Assembly: GCA_964373695.1 (NCBI GenBank)
Contig: CAYJVT010000020.1
Coordinates: 1-14,092 of the forward strand
From: an uncultured archaeon
GTDB taxonomy: Archaea > Aenigmatarchaeota > Aenigmatarchaeia > GW2011-AR5
Length of the DNA stretch: 14,092 nt
Reading direction: 5' to 3'
The position numbers and the translations under genes were made by a program. Shown here piece after piece: positions 6,744-14,091 of the stretch; the first letter of the stretch is position 1, and each line of letters opens with the position of its first letter. The notes beneath the pieces are model-generated. The model worked only from the letters and a program-made list of their open reading frames with translations, did not search any database and was not told the origin of the DNA.

Positions 6744-7361
6744 TTATATGCTACTTTGAAACTTTCCGAACATGAATTGCCTGTACAATTCCCTGAAAAG
6801 CCTCGCGGACACGGCTGTCGGCAGGTCAGTTTCCAGAACTTCTCTCAACATGAACTGCTCAATCGTCATGCAGTTGTCTTTGTTTCCGTAAACGCTCTTC
6901 AGCCTTCCATATTCTTCTGCATCCAATTCAGTGTGGGAAATTATTCTCGGAGGAGTTATGCAATCCTCCGTGTAGACTCTTCCGACAAATGACAAGTATG
7001 CCTCGCTTGGGCGTTCCCCTCTTCTCGCGATATCCCCCACATATACAAGCAATAAAGAAGGCGTTGAACCGTCCTTTTCCACCTTTTCCAGGGCAAAATG
7101 AGAAAGCCACATGGCGTATCTTATGTTCCTGTTTCTAACCCGCCTCATCACAGGGTCGCGCTTAAGCCTCTTATCTCTCACGGATGGCCTAAAAACGACA
7201 AAATAATTCCTTCCGACATGGCCTTCCGAGGCATCAATGCCATGCTCCATTATGCCAGGAATGCGCGCAGACGAAGTATAGTGTATTCCCAACGGGTATG
7301 AAAGCATCCCGTATAAATTTATTCCTCGCTCGAAATAAGGCGCATAGGGCAGGTTGTTCAT
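6744..7361 (-). CDS. Hypothetical protein with Tpt1/KptA-like ADP-ribosyltransferase-fold hallmarks
   Basis: H27-Y-T-S-x2-RIPGIMEHGI resembles YHGT..N..SI...GL. Later PSLLLVYV strand and VYTEDCITPPRI resemble V.L...VPPEYI. TATA-like TTAAATA about 25 nt upstream. Confidence 0.55.
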   Translation of the reverse strand: MNNLPYAPYFERGINLYGMLSYPLGIHYTSSARIPGIMEHGIDASEGHVGRNYFVVFRPSVRDKRLKRDPVMRRVRNRNIRYAMWLSHFALEKVEKDGSTPSLLLVYVGDIARRGERPSEAYLSFVGRVYTEDCITPPRIISHTELDAEEYGRLKSVYGNKDNCMTIEQFMLREVLETDLPTAVSARLFRELYRQFMFGKFQSSI

Positions 7362-7412
7362 TCTCTAAGGAAATCTGAAGCTTATTTAAGCCTTAGGGCA
7401 TTTCAGCATTTT

Positions 7413-7727
7413 TCACTTATACTCCCGCCAGACGTGCTTGCATTTCTCGCTGGTGCACTTGAAGAATTGAGTAGGAGGCTCGTCGCTGCTCCTTGTCTGG
7501 ATAAGCCAGTAATACGCGCTCTTGTTGCCGCATTTCTCGCATTCCTTGTCCGTGACGGGAAGGTGGTCAGGCGCATTGTCGTCTATGGTAATTATGTCCT
7601 CCTTCTTCCGCTTCTCGCCGACTATCACTTTATCGGCTTTTTTCCTTGTCTCGGCCCCGCATTTCCTGCACCTGAACCCGTCCTTTACGGGAGTCATGAG
7701 GCTGCCGCACTTGCAGAATTCTATCAT
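7413..7727 (-). CDS. tfs: Transcription factor S / RpoM, paralogue 2
   Basis: FCKCGSLM...CRKC and CEKC...QTRSSDEPPTQFFKC...C; DE dyad intact. TATA-like ATTTAAAT at 7761-7768. Confidence 0.95.
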   Translation of the reverse strand: MIEFCKCGSLMTPVKDGFRCRKCGAETRKKADKVIVGEKRKKEDIITIDDNAPDHLPVTDKECEKCGNKSAYYWLIQTRSSDEPPTQFFKCTSEKCKHVWREYK

Positions 7728-7771
7728 GAAATCACGAAATAGAAACTTGGACAGGAATGCATTTAAATCTG

Positions 7772-7813
7772 CAGAATTCCACCGTTTTGAAACGGCGGTA
7801 GAGTGGAATTCTG
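7772..7813. repeat. Perfect 11-bp inverted repeat with an inner hairpin, between the antiporter stop and the tfs-2 TATA box
   Basis: CAGAATTCCAC (7772-7782) / GTGGAATTCTG (7803-7813); inner CCGTTT-TG-AAACGG (7782-7795). Confidence 0.8.
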
Positions 7814-7841
7814 AATTAGACGGTGGTCATTGACATTCAAA

Positions 7842-9038
7842 TCAGTCTTCTTCCTTCTTTTTATGGCTACCATCCTTAAGTGTCACAGTAAAGACAGAGG
7901 TGTATACCACACTGACGACTATGACGACGAAAACTATATTGGAAAATGCTGCCGCGTTCTTTAGCCCGTAGATGAAAGGCAGCTGTGCCACGACAGCGGA
8001 CGTGAGGTCTCTTGGCGCCATTATGCGCATTACGTTCTTCTCGTAGGAAGTCATTTTCATCCTGATACACGATATTTCCACTGCAGCCAGACGCGTGACG
8101 AAAAGAATCGAAGATATCGCAATCCCGTATATTATGTAATCATAGTTTATCGTTATAATTATCCCCAGAAACACAAAGAAAAAGCTGCGGATGAAGAACG
8201 ATATCTCATTCTGGAATGAAATGAAGGTGCTATCTACAGAAAACCTCCTCTTGGATTTGAGGATGCCAAGAAATATCCTTGAGTTCCCTATTATCAGACC
8301 AAAGAACAGCGCGGCTATGGCACCGGAGCCGCCTGAACTTTCCACGAAGACGTATATGAGGAACAATACGGCTATCGTAAGCATGTAGTCAAAGGGCTTG
8401 CCCTTCAGTTTTTCAAGAACAAAAACCCATATGAAGCCCGTTATAATGCCTATCATGCCGCCGATTGAGAAAGTGCTCAAAACGTCTTTTACAGGCGTGA
8501 ATGAGCCGGCTCCAATCATCATATTAATCAGGACGATTGAAACCACTATGACAATTGGGTCCGTGATGACAGATTCAAGCGTGAGGATGGTTTTTACATT
8601 CTCCTTTATTCTCAGCTTCTTCGTTATTACGGTCACGGTTGCGGAGCTCGTGCCGCCGAGTATCGCACCCAGAAGCAGGCTTTCTGTCAGCGAAAAATTA
8701 AGAAAATACATTGCGAAAACCGCAACGCCTGCTGTTGAAATTACCATGCCCAAAAAAGCGAGAATGATGCTTCTAGGGAATCCGCGCAGCATCTGGTAGA
8801 AATCAAGGTTGAGGCCTGAGTCAAAAAGTATGAGCAGTATGGCAAGCGCTGCCAAAAAAGGAGCTATTGCAAAGAACAGGCTTCTGTCTACAAAGCCGAA
8901 AAAAGTCACGCTGAAGCCGAATATAATAAGCCATATAATGTCGGGTATTTTCGTCTTGGAGAAAATCAGTGAGCCCACATATCCTACAATAACCGTCGTG
9001 CCAAACAGAGTCAATAAGCTCAGTGCATCAACACTCAT
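7842..9038 (-). CDS. Cation/proton antiporter, CPA1 (NhaP-like)
   Basis: Polytopic membrane protein with IPDIIWLI, GGTSSATV, LESVITDP, FFIRSFFFVFLG and APRDL motifs. Confidence 0.88.
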   Translation of the reverse strand: MSVDALSLLTLFGTTVIVGYVGSLIFSKTKIPDIIWLIIFGFSVTFFGFVDRSLFFAIAPFLAALAILLILFDSGLNLDFYQMLRGFPRSIILAFLGMVISTAGVAVFAMYFLNFSLTESLLLGAILGGTSSATVTVITKKLRIKENVKTILTLESVITDPIVIVVSIVLINMMIGAGSFTPVKDVLSTFSIGGMIGIITGFIWVFVLEKLKGKPFDYMLTIAVLFLIYVFVESSGGSGAIAALFFGLIIGNSRIFLGILKSKRRFSVDSTFISFQNEISFFIRSFFFVFLGIIITINYDYIIYGIAISSILFVTRLAAVEISCIRMKMTSYEKNVMRIMAPRDLTSAVVAQLPFIYGLKNAAAFSNIVFVVIVVSVVYTSVFTVTLKDGSHKKKEED

Positions 9039-9117
9039 GGAATATAATTATTTGCGATGGCTTAAAAGATTTTCAACAGAGACGTTCTATATAAACAGTC
9101 CGGAATAATTTCTCATA

Positions 9118-10214
9118 ATGGCCGTTAAATATCCGTATAATCTTGACCCAAAGAAGCGCATTGCCGCCAAGAACTATTCCAGGGCACGCGTTATGGGATA
9201 CGTCATAAATAATTTTTTGTCACGCTTGCCTTTCTGTATCTTTTCATTGTTTCAGGACTCCATTTGTTTCTTTACGACTCTATGGGGCTTTCCGGCCTGC
9301 CTGCGATAATTGCTTACGCCTTTGTATTCCTTACGCTCCTTTTCGCTGCCCATCTGCCTCTGAGGTTTTACCTGACTTATGTTTACGAGCACAAATACAG
9401 GCTTTCCAATTACAGGCTAGGCGGGTGGCTCAAGGATTATCTGAAGGGTATATTCATCGCCTATGTATTTGCGCTGCCTGCTATAGCCGTTCTGTATCTC
9501 CTGACACCAGTGCAGAACTGATGGATTTATGCCGGCATAGCATATTTTGTCGGGAATGCATTCTCGAATTTCTTTTATCCTGTCATCATAACGCCGTTTT
9601 TCTACAAGCTTTCGCCTTACAGGGACAAAGCTCACCAGAAAAGAATCCTTTTGATGCTCCGGGGTGTCGGAGGCATTGAAGGCGTTTATATAGCGGATGA
9701 AAGCAGGAAATCAAAGAAGCCCAATGCCATGTTTTCCGGATTCGGCCACACAAAGCGCATAATTCTTTTTGACACCCTGACAAAGGCATTTACAAAAGAT
9801 GAAATCGAGACGGTGATAGCGCATGAAGTTGCTCATTATGTCAACAAAGACATTCCAAGATTCATACTACTTGAAACAGCAAAGGCACTTGTGATACTTT
9901 TCCTCATAGACAGGATAGCGTCCTTCTACAGCATATCCCTAGACATAACAAGCCTGCCATTCGTACTGGTTGCTTATACTACAATGGATTTCATCTCATT
10001 ACCTTTCATAAATTCCTACTCGAGGCACAGGGAATATTATGCGGATTTGTTTGCCCTCAAAACGGCTAGAAAGAAAAAGGCGCAGATATCGACAGAAAAG
10101 AGGCTTGCCGACATGGCACTTAGCCATGTGCCCCATCCACTTATAGAGATGTGGTTCTACAGTCATCCTAATTTCCAAAAGCGTATTGAGATGTGTGAAA
10201 AACACAAGGTATAA
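9118..10214 (+). pseudogene. M48 (Ste24/HtpX-like) zinc metallopeptidase disrupted by a frameshift (T6 run 9213-9218) and an in-frame TGA (9519-9521)
   Basis: The frame from ATG 9118 must shift -1 into the frame open from 9213. That frame has a single TGA, followed by WIYAG...YPVIITPFF, NAMFSGFGHTKRIILFDTL, HEVAH and REYYAD, to TAA 10214. Confidence 0.9.
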
Positions 10215-10259
10215 TGATTATTTACTTGTTCCACAATAATTTCATCAAGAATTATTCTT

Positions 10260-11480
10260 TTACCGAGACTTCTTTGAGATCCCAAAAAACTTTGTTTTTT
10301 GGGGATTCTCCCTGTCATATATTCTTTTCCGTGAGAAAATTCTTTCCTCCAGGTTAAACAGGAAAGGCGTTATTATTATGGTCACCACCACAAATGACAT
10401 CAAAATCGTGTATATGTTGTTTGATATCACCCCCATGGCAAGCGCCAGCTGGGAAATGACTATGCCGTATTCCCCTCTCGGCACCATGCTTATGGCTATT
10501 ACTACCTGGTCTCGTCTGCCGTAGCCGAAGAATCTCGCAAAAAATCCGGAGCCGATCATCTTCGTGGCCGAGCCTATCACCACGAGGGCCGCTATTATCC
10601 ACCATGTCTGGCTGATGGATGTTACGTCAGCAAGCATCCCGCTGTATGCGAAAAACATCGGTATGAAGAACCCGAAACCTACAGTTTCAATTTTAGGTAT
10701 TATTATGGAGCGCGTAAAAACGCTCCTACCCATTATCATCCCGGCTATGAAAGAGCCAGTGACCGCCGCAAGGTCGAGCCTCTGGCTGAGCGCGGCCGTA
10801 GCCAGAGCCACCGCGACGGGAACGGCCACGAGAGCCTGCTCGTCCTTTATGTGATATCCGACGAAAGATATTATCTTCTCAACGGTCTTCATGCCGACAG
10901 TCAGCGTGAAATAAATGAAGCCCAGCATTATGAGGAACAGGCCGGAAACGCTCCAGAACCCTATCGTGCCTGTCGAGAAGAAATTCGACATCAGCGAAAG
11001 CGCCAATATGGCTATTATGTCGTCAGCGACGGATATCACGACGAGAATTTTCCCCACGGGGGTTCTCAGCTCGCCCCGCTCCATAAGCGCCTTTATCGGG
11101 ATTGCCGTGCTCGTCGATATCATGGCGACGCCTATCACAATCCCCGTATTGATGTCACCGAAAATCAGCTCGCCCAAAATGAGCCCGCCGACGAAGGTGA
11201 ACAGGCTGCCGATGATGGCCAGTATGCTGCCCCTGTAGACGTCTTTCTTTATCTCCTCGAACCTTATCTCCAGTCCTATGAGGAAAACAAGGATAAGTAT
11301 GCCTATGCCCGAAATTATCTCGATGAAATGGTCCGGCTTGAAGTGAAAGATGCTGCCTACGACTATTCCCGCAACGACCTCGCCGACGATGGAAGAAATC
11401 TTGAGCCTCCTAGTCACCTCGCCGAGAAGCTTGGCAAGAAGCAATATTACTCCTATCTGGAAAATCACGTACGCGTCCAT
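10260..11480 (-). CDS. Cation/proton antiporter, CPA2 (NapA/KefB-like)
   Basis: IVGEVVAGIVVG, FLIGLE, ISTSTAI, VADDII (DD motif), FFIPMFFAYSG and PRGE motifs. Confidence 0.92.
   Translation of the reverse strand: MDAYVIFQIGVILLLAKLLGEVTRRLKISSIVGEVVAGIVVGSIFHFKPDHFIEIISGIGILILVFLIGLEIRFEEIKKDVYRGSILAIIGSLFTFVGGLILGELIFGDINTGIVIGVAMISTSTAIPIKALMERGELRTPVGKILVVISVADDIIAILALSLMSNFFSTGTIGFWSVSGLFLIMLGFIYFTLTVGMKTVEKIISFVGYHIKDEQALVAVPVAVALATAALSQRLDLAAVTGSFIAGMIMGRSVFTRSIIIPKIETVGFGFFIPMFFAYSGMLADVTSISQTWWIIAALVVIGSATKMIGSGFFARFFGYGRRDQVVIAISMVPRGEYGIVISQLALAMGVISNNIYTILMSFVVVTIIITPFLFNLEERIFSRKRIYDRENPQKTKFFGISKKSR
10281..10303. terminator. Perfect 10-bp hairpin with TTT loop inside the 3' tail of the CPA2 gene, facing the convergent M48 gene; possible terminator
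   Basis: CCCAAAAAAC-TTT-GTTTTTTGGG. Confidence 0.35.
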
Positions 11481-11570
11481 GAAGAAATATTCCCGGCGGC
11501 TGATTTAAATCCTGTTTCAGGCGCATATATGGAAAATTTTCTTTCTTTTCATGAAAACACCGTAAATATC

Positions 11571-11757
11571 AGGCCGAGGCGCCGCAGATGCACGGAAGAG
11601 CTGCGCTCTTCCAGCACAGACAGGGCCTTTGGTCCTGTCACGTGCCGCAGGCATCTGCTTTGCACTCGGGCCGACAAAGGAGTGGATTGGAGGAGTTCTC
11701 TCTTGGCAGAAAAGTTTTGGCCGAGAAAACAACATGAAACAGGAAGGCCTCTGGCCC
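11571..11757 (+). ncRNA. Candidate structured ncRNA or DNA element of unknown family
   Basis: Helix 11584-11591/11651-11658 (8 bp) encloses hairpins 11594-11612 (8 bp, 3-nt loop) and 11614-11645. Ends can pair (11572-11580/11747-11756). A further stem lies at 11701-11707/11720-11726. G-U pairs favour the + strand. GC-rich within an AT-rich spacer. Confidence 0.5.
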
Positions 11758-11870
11758 TTTCCCGCAACAATAACATATTTTTTATTCTAATACCCGTTTT
11801 GGAACAATGCTGAAAAATTAGTGCAATCCTTGAAATCTCCAAAATTGCCGCTTTTACAATTTCAAATCCT

Positions 11871-12563
11871 CTATACGGCCGCGCCTATGACGGCTCCGAG
11901 GCCGTACCCGACAAGGGCCGCGGCCATGCCGATTGCGGCCATCTCGATGCCGCTCACTATCCAGTTTCCTATAGTTATCATGGCCTTTATCGCGCCAGTA
12001 ACGAACAGGACGACAGTAGATATCCAGATAGAAGCAAATATCGCATCGCCTACCGGCAGCATAATGAAAGATACAAGAGGTATCAGGGAGCCGACAACGG
12101 CCGACACGCCGACTATCAGCGCGTCCCTTCCTGGAGTCGTCGTCCCGTCCTCGTAAAGGTTCAGCTCCTCCTTCATCATGACGTCGAGCCAAAGCCTTTT
12201 CTTCGAGGTTATCTTTCTGACTATTTCGGAAAGCAGGTGACCCCGGAAGCCTTTCCTGTAGTAAATGTCGCGGACCTCCTTCCTCTCCTGCCCGGGCATG
12301 TGCCTTATCTCGTACTTCTCCCTCTCCAATTCGGACCTGTAGAAGTCCCTCTCGGCCTTGAAGGACGTGTACGCAACAGCAGCCATGGATATGGACTCGG
12401 CAAATGTGGCGGCCAGCCCGGCGATTATGACTATCCGCGCGTCGCTTGTCGCAGAGGCTACCGCAAGGACGACCCCCAGAACGTTCACGAGGCCGTCCTG
12501 GCCGCCGAGTATCACGTCGCGGAGGCGGGAGGCGGAGCCGCCCGAATGCTTCTCATGCTTCAT
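11871..12563 (-). CDS. VIT1/CCC1 family Fe2+/Mn2+ transporter
   Basis: LRDVILGGQDGLV, AESISMA, acidic ELEREKYEI metal-binding region, MMKEEL, three C-terminal TM helices. Confidence 0.95.
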   Translation of the reverse strand: MKHEKHSGGSASRLRDVILGGQDGLVNVLGVVLAVASATSDARIVIIAGLAATFAESISMAAVAYTSFKAERDFYRSELEREKYEIRHMPGQERKEVRDIYYRKGFRGHLLSEIVRKITSKKRLWLDVMMKEELNLYEDGTTTPGRDALIVGVSAVVGSLIPLVSFIMLPVGDAIFASIWISTVVLFVTGAIKAMITIGNWIVSGIEMAAIGMAAALVGYGLGAVIGAAV

Positions 12564-12614
12564 TAATTATAAATTTGCCGGCCTGCTTTTATAGTTTGGT
12601 CTTTTAGAGTAATT

Positions 12615-13325
12615 ATGATGTCCCTCACGACGGACGAGATGCGGGCCGTGGACGAGAAGGCCGAGAAGCATTTCGGCATAGAGCTGCCGCAGATGCTGGA
12701 AAACGCCGGAAGGAACGCCGCATTCTTCGCCAGGGAGGCCATAGGCGGCGTGAAAAAGAAGAGCGTCCTTGTCCTGTGCGGAAAGGGAAACAAAGCCGCG
12801 GCCGGGCTTGTAGCGGCCCGGTTCCTGCACAACTGGGGCGCCAAAGCGAGCGTCATCATGGCCGAGCATCCCGACGGCCTGAAGAAATGGACGAAATGGC
12901 ATGCAGGCACCCTGAAGTCCATGCACGTGGACGTCCTCTACCCGACGAACCAGTTCGCGTTCGCCGACGTCTTCAGGAAATGCGACATGATAATCGATGC
13001 CCTTGTCGGGTACGGCATAAACCGCCCCCCGGCGGGCTTCTACGAATCCCTCATAAGTACGGCCAATGAGAGCGGGAAGAAAACGCTTTCAATAGACATG
13101 CCGTCAGGAATGAATCCGGACACGGGCGAGCCGCAGGGGGCCTGCATAAAAGCGAAATGGACGATGAGCATCGGCGCGCCGAAAAGGGGCCTCATGGAGA
13201 AGAAGGCGAAGGACTATACGGGCGCGCTTTACCTGTGCGACATAGGGATTCCGCCGGAGGTATACGAGCTTCTTGGGATAAAATACGAGCACCCATTCGA
13301 CAGGAATGAGATAGTAAAGTTATAA
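12615..13325 (+). CDS. Stand-alone YjeF-N (NAD(P)H-hydrate epimerase-like) protein with an altered active-site loop
   Basis: EMRAVD, MLENAG, VLCGKGN, IIDALVGYG, SIDMPSG, I.A.WT, K.GL and LCDIGIP. The NNGGDG motif is replaced by NKAAAG. Confidence 0.88.
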   Translation: MMSLTTDEMRAVDEKAEKHFGIELPQMLENAGRNAAFFAREAIGGVKKKSVLVLCGKGNKAAAGLVAARFLHNWGAKASVIMAEHPDGLKKWTKWHAGTLKSMHVDVLYPTNQFAFADVFRKCDMIIDALVGYGINRPPAGFYESLISTANESGKKTLSIDMPSGMNPDTGEPQGACIKAKWTMSIGAPKRGLMEKKAKDYTGALYLCDIGIPPEVYELLGIKYEHPFDRNEIVKL

Positions 13326-13356
13326 TTATTTATACGGTCTCCGACAACTAACATTT

Positions 13357-13620
13357 ATGGGCGACCTGATCGAATTCTACGGGACCGAATGCTCGCACTG
13401 CATAGAGATGCAGCCCCTCATGGAGAAACTGGAGAAGGAACTGAAGGTGAAGGTGGAGCGGCTGGAAGTGTGGCACAACGCGAAAAACGCCAGGCTCCTG
13501 CAGCAGTATGACAAGGGATTCTGCGGCGGCGTGCCTTTTTTCTTCAACAAGAAGAGCGGCAAGTGGATATGCGGCTCGACTTCGTACGAGAACCTGAAGA
13601 AGTGGGCGACAGGGAAGTGA
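13357..13620 (+). CDS. Thioredoxin/glutaredoxin-fold protein (CSHC)
   Basis: FYGTECSHC active site, cis-Pro motif GVPFF, two extra Cys (FCGG, ICG). Confidence 0.9.
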   Translation: MGDLIEFYGTECSHCIEMQPLMEKLEKELKVKVERLEVWHNAKNARLLQQYDKGFCGGVPFFFNKKSGKWICGSTSYENLKKWATGK

Positions 13621-13626
13621 TTCTTC

Positions 13627-14091
13627 GTGAAAAGGAATGACAAAATGGAACTCCTCAAATATCTTAAATCCCAGAGGCTGATGTGCATCTCTACTTGTTC
13701 TTCGGCGCCATGGGCAAGCATTGTTTTCTATACCATAGATGAAGACATGAGGATGTATTTTGTAAGCGAACCCGAATCAAGGCACTGCACCGACATCTCC
13801 AACAATAGCAATGTAGCATGCGCTGTCTTTGATTCCAGACAAAAAGCCGCAAAAAAGAAAATAGGCGTGCAAATTCAAGGTATTGCATCCGAAGTTAAAG
13901 ACCATAAAGAAATAAAGCGCGCCCTGAAAATGTGGAACATGTCGAATCCTGGCCTTGAGAAGCTGATAAATTTCGATGCTATCAAAAAAGTCTCCATTGA
14001 ATCCCGAGTTTATCGCATCGAGCCAAAGCTTATCAAATTCTTCAACGAGAAACTGTACGGAGACGAGGGCTCAAGAATTTTTGAATTCTGA
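13627..14091 (+). CDS. Pyridoxamine 5'-phosphate oxidase-like FMN-binding split barrel (YhbP/UPF0306-like)
   Basis: LMCISTC...PWASIVFY...YFVS...SRHC..I..NSNVACAVFD...GVQIQG. Complete, with TGA at 14089-14091. Confidence 0.85.
   Translation: MKRNDKMELLKYLKSQRLMCISTCSSAPWASIVFYTIDEDMRMYFVSEPESRHCTDISNNSNVACAVFDSRQKAAKKKIGVQIQGIASEVKDHKEIKRALKMWNMSNPGLEKLINFDAIKKVSIESRVYRIEPKLIKFFNEKLYGDEGSRIFEF

Noticed and set aside
5466-6992. 508-aa + strand ORF
   Set aside because: It is the antisense shadow of the DEAD-box helicase, has no recognisable motifs, and long shadow ORFs are expected with this codon bias.
9519-9521. Genome-wide UGA=Trp recoding
   Set aside because: Many intact genes here end in TGA at sensible positions (hicA, DUF5069-like, thioredoxin, split barrel) and use TGG for Trp.
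9118-9679. Separate small genes at 9118-9309, 9264-9521 and 9425-9679
   Set aside because: The first two are pieces of the single M48 peptidase; the third is an off-frame ORF.
11571-11757. RNase P RNA or SRP RNA identity
   Set aside because: GGAGGAGTTCTC and GAAACAGGAAGG loosely recall RNase P conserved regions, but no complementary P4 strands could be formed. The SRP helix-8 motif with its GGAA loop is absent.
10851-11813. 320-aa + strand ORF
   Set aside because: Antisense to the CPA2 antiporter for most of its length with no motifs. Its tail crosses the structured element, so coding is not strictly excluded there but is unsupported.
11821-12926. Alternative-frame and antisense ORFs around VIT1 and YjeF-N
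   Set aside because: Shadow ORFs of GC-rich genes with no motif support.
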